Of a DNA stretch of 15,800 nucleotides, positions 8,266 to 15,800 are shown piece after piece. A model generated the notes under the pieces. The model saw only the letters and a program-made list of their open reading frames with translations, did no database searches and had not been told where the DNA came from. The position numbers and the translations under genes were made by a program. Position 1 is the stretch's first letter. Every line of letters starts with the position of its first letter. Origin of the DNA: an uncultured archaeon (GTDB lineage: Archaea; Asgardarchaeota; Heimdallarchaeia; Heimdallarchaeales; Kariarchaeaceae); the NCBI GenBank assembly GCA_964645535.1, contig CAZYCQ010000036.1, forward strand, positions 1-15,800. The letters are read 5' to 3'.

Positions 8266-8315
8266 AAATTTATTTCAGGAATCAAATTGATTAAACATAT
8301 CGATGGTCAAAGCTG

Positions 8316-8322
8316 AAAAAAA
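8316..8322 (-). terminator. Putative archaeal oligo(T) terminator of the binding-protein gene
   Basis: Run of 7 T on the minus strand immediately after the TAG stop at 8325-8323. Confidence 0.45.
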
Positions 8323-9699
8323 CTACCTTCTTCTTCTGTAATGCACAATTGTCGCAAAGCTTGCCAAGCTGAACAGAACAAGGTAGAAGCCAAATCCTGG
8401 GGCACTTCCGACTTTGGCGAAGGACGGGGTTTCGGTGCCTCCACCTGGCCACGTGATGGTACCTGTGATGGACATGCCATCTGTCTCACTCCATGAACCA
8501 ACTACCTTAAAGCTGTCACCCTGCAAGTTGAGGATGTCATAAAGTGCGTTCCTGTCTCCAAACTCATTAAAGGTAACTCTGCCGGTTGCACCTACAAAGT
8601 CACTCTTCTTCAATTCTGCAAGGAGTAGGTCACCATCAGTATAGTCCTTTCCTGCTTTAATCATTCTATCAAGGGCATAGGCAAACGCGTAGACTGCATC
8701 ATAAGCGAAAGTTGCAAAGGTGTTGGGGGTTCTGTCCCCACATCCTGTGTAATCATCGCTGGTCTTACCATTGCAGCTCTCCCAAATGTCAAGGAATTTT
8801 TCATATCCTGGTCCGCTTCCTCTGTTGGGGGCGGTTCCGATCATACCTTGCATTGCATCTTTGATCTCCGTATCAACCGTTCCGTCATCGTTTTCGAAAA
8901 CTGCCTCCTGCGTTGGACCGTCAGTACCGATCCAAACGTAATCCTCTCCGACAAGACCTACATCGTCTGCCTGTGAGAACACAGTTTTTGCATCACCCAC
9001 AATTGCGTTCAGGACGATGACATGTGCACCAGAATCTTTGATTGCTTGCAGTTGTGACTTGACATCGACAGCCCCTTGATCAAATCTTTGGGAGCTAAGG
9101 ATTTCAATTCCTTCTTCTCGAGCAGTTTCCTCAACCACTGTTATGCCTCCGAGACCATAGTCATCGGAAGTTGCCAAAGTCGCGATCTGGGTGAATCCCA
9201 TCTCCTTGATAATTTTGGCAATGGCAACTCCTTGTACTGAGTCTGGTGGGACAACCCTCAGGAAATAGGGATAGAGGGTTTTGTTTGAAAGGTCTGGATT
9301 TGTGGATGAATAGGAAATTTGGGGTACCTTACTTTGTTCTGCCACGCCTGCAACTGCTTTTGAGACAGCTGAGGAAGCAGCTCCAACAATCCCCACAGCT
9401 CCTTCATTGATTACGTCCTGTGCAACAGTCTTACCTACATCCGGCTTTGTCTGTGTGTCCCTGACTAGCAGGTTCAATGTATAGCCGTTCAATAGACTGT
9501 CATTTTCATTGATGATATCTACCGCCATTTGTGCGGCTGCTCTTCTTTCGACGCCTCCTCCTGCAAGAGTTCCTGTCAAGGGGAAGAGGCCGCCTATTTT
9601 GATTTCCGTGGTCTGACGCAGTTCAATTGCCTGAGCGCCTCCATAAGGCATCAGAAACACCAGACCCAACAGAAATAATGCTAGGGTTTTGTAATTCAT
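8323..9699 (-). CDS. ABC transporter amino-acid substrate-binding protein, Venus-flytrap/ANF-receptor type, with signal peptide and PGF-CTERM-like anchor
   Basis: Start reassigned to ATG 9699 (GGAGGT SD upstream, signal peptide MNYKTLALFLLGLVFLMPYGGAQA). IKIGGLFPLTG, VGAASSAVS, PQISYSST, YDAVYA, FVGATGRVTF. C-terminal APGF + TM helix + RRRR. Divergent from livFHMG. Confidence 0.9.
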   Translation of the reverse strand: MNYKTLALFLLGLVFLMPYGGAQAIELRQTTEIKIGGLFPLTGTLAGGGVERRAAAQMAVDIINENDSLLNGYTLNLLVRDTQTKPDVGKTVAQDVINEGAVGIVGAASSAVSKAVAGVAEQSKVPQISYSSTNPDLSNKTLYPYFLRVVPPDSVQGVAIAKIIKEMGFTQIATLATSDDYGLGGITVVEETAREEGIEILSSQRFDQGAVDVKSQLQAIKDSGAHVIVLNAIVGDAKTVFSQADDVGLVGEDYVWIGTDGPTQEAVFENDDGTVDTEIKDAMQGMIGTAPNRGSGPGYEKFLDIWESCNGKTSDDYTGCGDRTPNTFATFAYDAVYAFAYALDRMIKAGKDYTDGDLLLAELKKSDFVGATGRVTFNEFGDRNALYDILNLQGDSFKVVGSWSETDGMSITGTITWPGGGTETPSFAKVGSAPGFGFYLVLFSLASFATIVHYRRRR

Positions 9700-9713
9700 T
9701 TTTTCTAACCTCC

Positions 9714-9778
9714 AATCACAAAGACCGAATTTCTGCACATCTGTCTGAATTTCGAAAATGCAGTTGGTCTTTGCGATT
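9714..9778 (-). promoter_or_regulatory. Structured 5' leader (stem-loop) of the binding-protein mRNA
   Basis: Minus-strand AAUCGCAAAGACC pairs with GGUCUUUGUGAUU (13 bp, one G-U). Inner CUGCAU/GUGCAG stem. The SD GGAGG follows directly. Confidence 0.5.
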
Positions 9779-9799
9779 TGTCTTTCTTCCATCCTATAG

Positions 9800-9806
9800 T
9801 TTATAA
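9800..9806 (-). promoter_or_regulatory. Putative TATA box for the binding-protein gene
   Basis: TTATAAA on the minus strand in the AT-rich divergent region, about 22 nt upstream of the 5' end of the leader stem. Confidence 0.45.
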
Positions 9807-9914
9807 TATTTGTGGTTTGATGGAGTAGGAGTAAACAAAGTTCATATCTAAATTGAAAATTGCATGAACTAAGCACAATTATTTTTCTTTTCTTTTCAGA
9901 CTTTAACGGCAACA

Positions 9915-9924
9915 GATTTAAATC
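9915..9924 (+). promoter_or_regulatory. Putative TATA box/palindrome upstream of livF
   Basis: GATTTAAATC perfect palindrome containing TTTAAAT, about 47 nt upstream of the livF ATG. Confidence 0.35.
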
Positions 9925-9970
9925 CATTCGATAGTCAGAGACAAAGCACTAAATTCGGAAGGTAGCACCA

Positions 9971-10705
9971 ATGGTACAAAAGGTCATTGAAACACAAAAT
10001 CTCATTAGCGGCTACGGAAAATTGCAGATCATAAATGGGGTGGATATAGTTCTCAACAAGGGTGAATTGGTCACTATCATCGGCCCTAACGGATCCGGAA
10101 AATCCACCCTCATCAAGACAATAATTGGCTTGGTTCCTGCATGGTCTGGGCGTATCCTCATCAATGAGCAAATTGACATTACCGGGAAGAAACCTTATGA
10201 TATCATTTCCGAGGGAGTCCCCATTAATTATGTTCCTCAAGTAAACAATGTCTTTCCTACACTCTCAATTGAGGAAAATCTCCTGTTGGGTGCCTTGCCC
10301 CGTCGAAAGGATGGGAAAGAAGCCGTTTACAAAGATATGGAAGAAATCTTTCGCATCTTTCCACGTCTGAAAGAACGGAGATCTCAAAAAGCAGCTTTAC
10401 TATCCGGTGGTGAGCGTCAAATGCTTGCTCTTGGAAGAGCACTTATGTCCAATCCGGAAATCATTCTTCTCGATGAACCGACCGCCGCACTTGCCCCTGT
10501 TCTAGCTGATGAAATTTTCGAAAAAATTCTTCAACTCAAGGCTTTGGGGCTGAGCATACTTTTAGTGGAACAAAGAGCCACACGTGCCCTTAAAATCAGT
10601 GACAGAGGGTATGTCCTTGTCTCTGGTGAGGTTGCCTTCAGCGGCACAGCAAAGGAACTAATTGGCAACGAAAAAATTGGAGAACTCTATCTTGGCAAGA
10701 GGTGA
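9971..10705 (+). CDS. livF: Branched-chain amino acid (HAAT) ABC transporter ATP-binding protein, LivF-like
   Basis: Walker A GPNGSGKST, FPRLKER..Q.A..LSGGERQMLA, Walker B ILLDEPT, ILLVEQ, DRGYVL. Confidence 0.93.
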   Translation: MVQKVIETQNLISGYGKLQIINGVDIVLNKGELVTIIGPNGSGKSTLIKTIIGLVPAWSGRILINEQIDITGKKPYDIISEGVPINYVPQVNNVFPTLSIEENLLLGALPRRKDGKEAVYKDMEEIFRIFPRLKERRSQKAALLSGGERQMLALGRALMSNPEIILLDEPTAALAPVLADEIFEKILQLKALGLSILLVEQRATRALKISDRGYVLVSGEVAFSGTAKELIGNEKIGELYLGKR

Positions 10706-10711
10706 TGTGAT

Positions 10712-11956
10712 ATGAGCAATGAAGAAAACAATATCCAAACTCGCATTGAAAAAATTGATTCCGAGGAAATTGAGGAAGTAAAGGCACAAAAAACAACTTA
10801 TTTTGAGGAACATCCCGTTAAGGTGGTCGTACTTTCCTTGATTGTCATCCTCATACTTTCCTTTATCTTTACGGTGTACTTTAATCCATTCGGAATCAAT
10901 TTATTGCAACAATCATTGATTTCAATTGAAAGAGCCGCACTTTACATAATGGTTAGTGTAGGTCTTACATTAACCACCCGGGTGCTGAAATTCGGGAACT
11001 TTGCCCATGCAGAATTCCTTACTGTGGGCGTCTATACTGCCTTTGTCATTTCGTCCATTGATTTCTTCACGGGAACATGTTTTGGGGGTTTTTGCCTTGA
11101 CAACGTTTTTCTGATGATCATATATGTGTTCATATTCACTGGTCTCATGGGCATTCTTGGAGAGTATCTCGTCTTTGGTCCCCTTAGACGAAGGGATGCA
11201 ACTCCCCTTTCATTGATGGTCGCATCCATCGGTCTTGGATTGGTCATCCGACAGGTAATCGCAGAAATTTTCGACTCTACCTATAAACGTGTCGAGATCA
11301 AATACCCCGAATTCTTTGACAGCATTGGCGAGGGACTGCAAAATCTCGGCTTTCTCGGGAATCTGCTTGGCTTATGGTTCAACCAATTCACGGAGTTCAA
11401 TTTACCCGGTGGACGGTATGATGTCCGTCTTTCCCGAGACTTTGCTTGGGGCATCACTGTCATGGTTCTTCTCATCTGGGGAATGCGCCTGATTTTCACA
11501 AGAACCACCTTGGGAATTTCTATGAGGGCAACTGCTGATGATGCAAGCCTTGCCCAGATCAGTGGTATCAACACTGATTATGTCATCTATTGGACTTGGT
11601 TTATCGCAGCAGGCGTGACCGGTGTGGGGGCTTTCTTTCTCATTGCTCCCATCAACTTTATCCCTGCAAGCGGTTTCGCACAATTGCTCATCATCTTTGC
11701 AGTTGTCACCCTTGGAGGTTTTGACTCATTTGAAGGAACCTTGGTCAGTGGATTTATCATCTCCTTCATCCAGACCTTGACCATTCTTGTCAACAATGAG
11801 ATCCTCGAAATGGAAACCAGGCAAGGGCGAAAACTTGTGTTCTGGTCAACCAATCAGAATTGGTCTCTTGCAGGACCATTCTTCATAATTATCCTTGTCC
11901 TGATCTTCAGACCAAGGGGAATCTTCGGATTGATCGATCCGAAGGCGAAACTGTGA
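10712..11956 (+). CDS. livH: HAAT ABC transporter permease, LivH-like (with insertions)
   Basis: SVGLTL...LKFGNFAHAEF, ASIGLGL, RTTLG..MRATADD..LAQISGIN, VTLGG, LIFRPRGIFG. Confidence 0.9.
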   Translation: MSNEENNIQTRIEKIDSEEIEEVKAQKTTYFEEHPVKVVVLSLIVILILSFIFTVYFNPFGINLLQQSLISIERAALYIMVSVGLTLTTRVLKFGNFAHAEFLTVGVYTAFVISSIDFFTGTCFGGFCLDNVFLMIIYVFIFTGLMGILGEYLVFGPLRRRDATPLSLMVASIGLGLVIRQVIAEIFDSTYKRVEIKYPEFFDSIGEGLQNLGFLGNLLGLWFNQFTEFNLPGGRYDVRLSRDFAWGITVMVLLIWGMRLIFTRTTLGISMRATADDASLAQISGINTDYVIYWTWFIAAGVTGVGAFFLIAPINFIPASGFAQLLIIFAVVTLGGFDSFEGTLVSGFIISFIQTLTILVNNEILEMETRQGRKLVFWSTNQNWSLAGPFFIIILVLIFRPRGIFGLIDPKAKL

Positions 11957-11966
11957 GGTGTACAAA

Positions 11967-13535
11967 ATGTTCGACGAAGACCCAAAAACCATCAATTCCA
12001 TTATTGAGAACCGTATCGTGAAACGTGATGACCATTCCAAGAGCTACCTGTTGGCTGCTCTTTTTGGCATCCCTATTGGAATCCTCTTCTTCGTACCTAT
12101 CTTTCTTGGTACGGGATCCGCATCTGATTATATCCTCAGCACTTTTGCTCTCATTTTCATCTATGCCATCTTCTCCCTCAGCCTAAACCTCGAAGTGGGT
12201 TATTTGGGACTTCCCAACTTCGGTAAGGTAGCTTTTGTGGCTGTAGGTGGATACACTTTTGCCATTCTCGAAAGTAATGGACTGTTTAATGTCTGGATCA
12301 ACGTGATCTGGTCAATTGTTGCCACATGCGTGTTCGGAGTGGTTCTCACCCTTCCATCACTTCGATTGAAGGAAGATTACTTTGCCATAGCCACCATTGT
12401 CGCTGGAGAAATTGTCCGTATAACCGTGAACAACGAGGCTGCATTCGGAGGTTTTTCAGGAATAAAAGTACTGAACCCCATGTTTGTCGCCTACGATCCT
12501 GACGAGTTCATGACCCATTTCTTCATCAATCTTCCAAGCTTCCTGTTTACCCTTATTGTGGTGGGAATTACCTATGTAACCTACACCTATCGCAAACAGA
12601 GCATGGTTAAAATCTATTCTGAAGACAAGGCTGAACTCAAAGCATTTGAAGAAGCTGAAAAAGTAGCTGTTGTGCTCATGGTGCTTGGATTTGCCCTCAA
12701 TTTCATCAAGGCATTTGATTCCTCTCCATCATTTGGCGTCGACTTATTTCTGATCTTTCTCCTTCTCACCCTCCGTATGCGAATCAGTCTTTGGGGAAGA
12801 TCAAAACCCGAAGTTCCGGAAATATTTTTCATTATCCCCGCAGCTCTTGCTTTCATCCTTTTCATTGGGCGTTTTTTTGCCGACCCTGTCACTTCCATCT
12901 CAACTCCACAATGGTACAATACCCTTTTGGCATTCTCGGCATTAGTCCTGATTTATGCCGTCATTCAAAGCATTGATGCATCTCCTTTAGGCAGGACACT
13001 GAAAGCCATTCGAGAGGATGACACCAGTGCCATCTCCGTTGGCAAAAGCCTCCTGATATTTCGTCTCAAAGGGCTCATCCTTGCAAGTGCCATGGTCGGT
13101 CTGGCTGCACCCCTTTTCGTGTTTCAGTTGACTGGTGTTACCCCACTGACCTTCCTCCCCTTGCTTACCTTCACCCTTTATACCATGGTTATCGTAGGGG
13201 GAACTGCAAACAATAAGGGTGTCATCTTCGGAGCCGTGCTCTTTCAGATTCTTTCACAAGCCACTGCCAAGCTTTCCAATCTTAAGCTCGAATATCCATG
13301 GGGATCACCAGTTCGCCCCGAAAATTGGGCACTGATCATTACTGGTATTCTTCTCATTGTCTTCCTTATCTATGCTCCAGAAGGCATCTTCCCAGAAAAA
13401 CGCTATAACAATGAACGTTATTACGATATGTTGCATTATGCCGATCGAGTGGACGATGTCGAAACCAATGCCTTGCTGAACCTGATAGCCAAAGGAGCAA
13501 AATCCCCACTTCTTGACGGAGGTAAACAAGAATGA
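11967..13535 (+). CDS. livM: HAAT ABC transporter permease, LivM-like (enlarged)
   Basis: ATG 11967 is preceded by a GAGGTG SD (the alternative is GTG at 11958). SLNLEVGYLGLPNFG..AF, LRLKEDYFAIATI..GEI, SPLGR.LKAIREDD..A.S.GK, MVIVGG, PEGI. Confidence 0.9.
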   Translation: MFDEDPKTINSIIENRIVKRDDHSKSYLLAALFGIPIGILFFVPIFLGTGSASDYILSTFALIFIYAIFSLSLNLEVGYLGLPNFGKVAFVAVGGYTFAILESNGLFNVWINVIWSIVATCVFGVVLTLPSLRLKEDYFAIATIVAGEIVRITVNNEAAFGGFSGIKVLNPMFVAYDPDEFMTHFFINLPSFLFTLIVVGITYVTYTYRKQSMVKIYSEDKAELKAFEEAEKVAVVLMVLGFALNFIKAFDSSPSFGVDLFLIFLLLTLRMRISLWGRSKPEVPEIFFIIPAALAFILFIGRFFADPVTSISTPQWYNTLLAFSALVLIYAVIQSIDASPLGRTLKAIREDDTSAISVGKSLLIFRLKGLILASAMVGLAAPLFVFQLTGVTPLTFLPLLTFTLYTMVIVGGTANNKGVIFGAVLFQILSQATAKLSNLKLEYPWGSPVRPENWALIITGILLIVFLIYAPEGIFPEKRYNNERYYDMLHYADRVDDVETNALLNLIAKGAKSPLLDGGKQE

Positions 13536-14317
13536 CCGAATATATCCTCGAAGCAGAAAATATCCACAAGTACTTTGGAGGAGTCAAAGCCCTCAATGGT
13601 ACCACTGTCATGGTTGAAAAGGGTCAGTTGACGGCTCTTATCGGTCCCAACGGTAGCGGAAAAAGCACTTTCTTCAATGTTATCACAGGCTTTCTTGCTC
13701 CCGAACCCCACAGCGGAAAGATCAGGTTTTCCACTCACGACATCAAGAACATGCCGCCTGAAAAGATTCCCAGCTATGGTATGGTTCGGACATTCCAGCA
13801 CACCCGAAACTTTCCCAATATGACCGTTCTTGAAAATATGCTGGTATCTCCCTACCGCCAATCCGGTGAAAGCCTCATCTGGGGCTTCCTTGGCCGTGGT
13901 CTTTGGAAACGTGAAGATGCCGTCAATGTGAGGAAAGCCATTGCCATCCTCAAATTCCTAGAAATTGCCCATGTCATCGACCATCTCGCTGGAGAACTTT
14001 CAGGAGGACAACAGAAGCTTCTTGCAATTGGTAGATTGCTCATGACTGCACCTTCACTGCTTCTTCTTGATGAACCCGTTGCTGGTGTGAACCCAACACT
14101 GGCAAACAAGATCTTCGACCAAATCATCGAGCTGAAGAATACCAGCGGTATTGACATTCTCCTAATCGAGCACAATATGGATGTCGTCATGTCATTTTCC
14201 GATCATATCTTCGTCATGGCTGATGGAAAGGTGATTGCAGAAGGCGACGCCAGCACAATCCAGCAAGACAAGAAGGTTCTTGATGCCTATCTCGGAGAAA
14301 GTCCTGATGAAGCCTAA
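13532..14317 (+). CDS. livG: HAAT ABC transporter ATP-binding protein, LivG-like
   Basis: K.FGGVKAL, LIGPNGSGKST, G.VRTFQ, LSGGQQKLL, LLLDEP.AGVNP, IEHNMD, V.DAYLG. ATGA overlap with livM. Confidence 0.93.
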   Translation: MTEYILEAENIHKYFGGVKALNGTTVMVEKGQLTALIGPNGSGKSTFFNVITGFLAPEPHSGKIRFSTHDIKNMPPEKIPSYGMVRTFQHTRNFPNMTVLENMLVSPYRQSGESLIWGFLGRGLWKREDAVNVRKAIAILKFLEIAHVIDHLAGELSGGQQKLLAIGRLLMTAPSLLLLDEPVAGVNPTLANKIFDQIIELKNTSGIDILLIEHNMDVVMSFSDHIFVMADGKVIAEGDASTIQQDKKVLDAYLGESPDEA

Positions 14318-14397
14318 TTAATAAATCCTAACCAAAAAATTTATTAGGGGAACTGTGGCTGAGAATTCTTTAGAAGAACAAGGAGGACCGCTTCTTC

Positions 14398-15717
14398 ATG
14401 GGTCAAATTACCCTTGGATCAAAATATGATCTCAATCATCTAGAAAATTATCTCAATCCCCACATGAAAGGGTTCGAAAAATCACCAACATTGGCAATAA
14501 ATGAGCTCTCCATTCAACTGGAAAAGGAAGGAAAGACTGTTTACCGGTTCGGGTTTGGTCAATCCCCATTCCCAGTCCCCGAGTTCATGGTCAAGGAATT
14601 GCAGAACTACGCAAGGGAAAAGGATTACCTTCCCGTCGAAGGCCTGCCGGAACTGAGAGAAGCCGTAGCCAAATTTTACCGTGAGGTCAAAGGTTATGGC
14701 GATGTCTCGGCAGATGAAGTGCTTATCGCTCCTGGATCAAAGCAACTTCTCTTCCTCATCCAATTCGTTCTCAACGCGGAACTCCTTATCCCCGTCCCGT
14801 GCTGGGTCACCTATATCCCCCAAGCACGTCTGCTCGGACGCAAGTTCCATACTTTCCCCACTGATGCAGATTCAAATTGGGAACTCGACCCGGATCAGCT
14901 TGAGGACTACCTGAAACATCATCCCGATTCTCCCAAACTTCTCCTTCTCAATTATTACAACAATCCCACTGGTACCGAAGCCATGGTCGACAACCTCAAA
15001 CGCATTGCAGAAATTGCCCGGAAATATGGTCTTATTGTCGTTTCAGACGAAATCTATGATCGACTCACCTTTACCGATGAATACTGTTCCATCGCCCAAT
15101 ACTACCCTGAAGGAACCATCATCAGCAGTGGCCTTTCCAAATGGGCAGGTGCCGGGGGATGGCGACTTGGTACCTTCATCTTCCCCAAGCAGCTCAAGGA
15201 AATCCAGAAGGCATGTGCTGTCCTCGCCTCAGAAACCTATTCCTGTGTTGCTGCCCCCATCCAGTACGCCGCAATTTCCGCATATGAAAACCGAACCTTG
15301 ATGAAAAAATTCATCTCCAAATCCACAAAAATTCTCAAGATCATCTCCTCATATTGCTCCATGAGATTGAGGCAGGCAGGTATCAAAGTTAATCCGGCCG
15401 CAGGGGCATTCTATCTCTTCATTGATTTTGAAAAGTTCAGACCCAAACTTGCCAAACTGGAAATCACTACCGGACCCCAACTTATGGCTACCCTTTTGGC
15501 AGAATCCGGAGTTGCCCTTCTTCCTGGAACTGCCTTTGGCATGCCACCCGAATCCCTAACTGCACGGCTTGCCTACGTCGACTTCAATGGTGCTCATGCC
15601 CTTGAAAAGATATCTGAATATTTCGAATATGACAATGACCGAGAATTCCTCCTAGAAATTGCCCCACACATTGTCAAAGGAATCGATGCCCTTGTTCAAT
15701 GGGTCAAGCATCTCTAA
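14398..15717 (+). CDS. PLP-dependent aminotransferase class I/II (aspartate aminotransferase-like)
   Basis: AGGAGG SD upstream. FGFGQSPFPVP, GLPELREA, PGSKQ, NNPTG, SDEIY, SGLSKW..GGWRLG (PLP Lys), GAFY, GVALLPG.AFG. Confidence 0.9.
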   Translation: MGQITLGSKYDLNHLENYLNPHMKGFEKSPTLAINELSIQLEKEGKTVYRFGFGQSPFPVPEFMVKELQNYAREKDYLPVEGLPELREAVAKFYREVKGYGDVSADEVLIAPGSKQLLFLIQFVLNAELLIPVPCWVTYIPQARLLGRKFHTFPTDADSNWELDPDQLEDYLKHHPDSPKLLLLNYYNNPTGTEAMVDNLKRIAEIARKYGLIVVSDEIYDRLTFTDEYCSIAQYYPEGTIISSGLSKWAGAGGWRLGTFIFPKQLKEIQKACAVLASETYSCVAAPIQYAAISAYENRTLMKKFISKSTKILKIISSYCSMRLRQAGIKVNPAAGAFYLFIDFEKFRPKLAKLEITTGPQLMATLLAESGVALLPGTAFGMPPESLTARLAYVDFNGAHALEKISEYFEYDNDREFLLEIAPHIVKGIDALVQWVKHL

Positions 15718-15800
15718 ACTATCTTCGTGTTATAATTGAACACAAACCGCTTGTCATATGAAACTCCTTCCTCAATATCAAAATTGATTCGACCTGAAAC

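Noticed and set aside
8323-9699. Calling the VFT protein a true GPCR, or eukaryotic contamination
   Set aside because: There is only one C-terminal TM and no 7TM or cytoplasmic domain. The gene has no introns, has an SD and an archaeal-type sorting tail, and is embedded among archaeal genes.
9700-9927. 76-aa N-terminal extension of the binding protein in the ORF track
   Set aside because: It spans the AT-rich divergent promoter. The SD and signal peptide identify ATG 9699 as the start.
258-15301. Other short antisense or alternate-frame ORFs in the track
   Set aside because: They overlap well-supported genes and lack motifs or start signals.
1-15800. CRISPR arrays, tRNA/rRNA genes, IS elements, defence systems
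   Set aside because: Intergenic gaps are all under ~275 nt. I saw no repeat-spacer pattern, cloverleaf, transposase or integrase motifs.

Overview
Gene-dense chromosomal window from an archaeon. Archaeal markers are egsA (G1P dehydrogenase), a PAC2 proteasome chaperone, a long-type FKBP, a PGF-CTERM-like anchor and TATA-type promoters. The overall style suggests an Asgard (Heimdallarchaeia-like) genome, but that is inference only. Contents in order: a partial N-terminal ORF (possibly Rpp21), FKBP/SlyD, two paralogous tandem PRC-barrel genes, PAC2, aldo/keto reductase, 3-hydroxyacyl-CoA dehydrogenase, methylmalonyl-CoA epimerase, a minimal biotin ligase, a YaaA/DUF328-like protein, DUF2203, egsA, a Liv-type ABC transporter (livF-H-M-G) with a divergently transcribed substrate-binding protein, and a class I/II aminotransferase. 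The standout is the binding protein, which reads like a eukaryotic class C GPCR (mGluR/GABA-B) Venus-flytrap domain, including ligand-pocket residues and a Cys pair. It is anchored by an archaeal sorting signal and preceded by a strongly structured 5' leader. The four-PRC-barrel gene pair is the second candidate for an undescribed system. No rRNA, tRNA, CRISPR or mobile element was seen.
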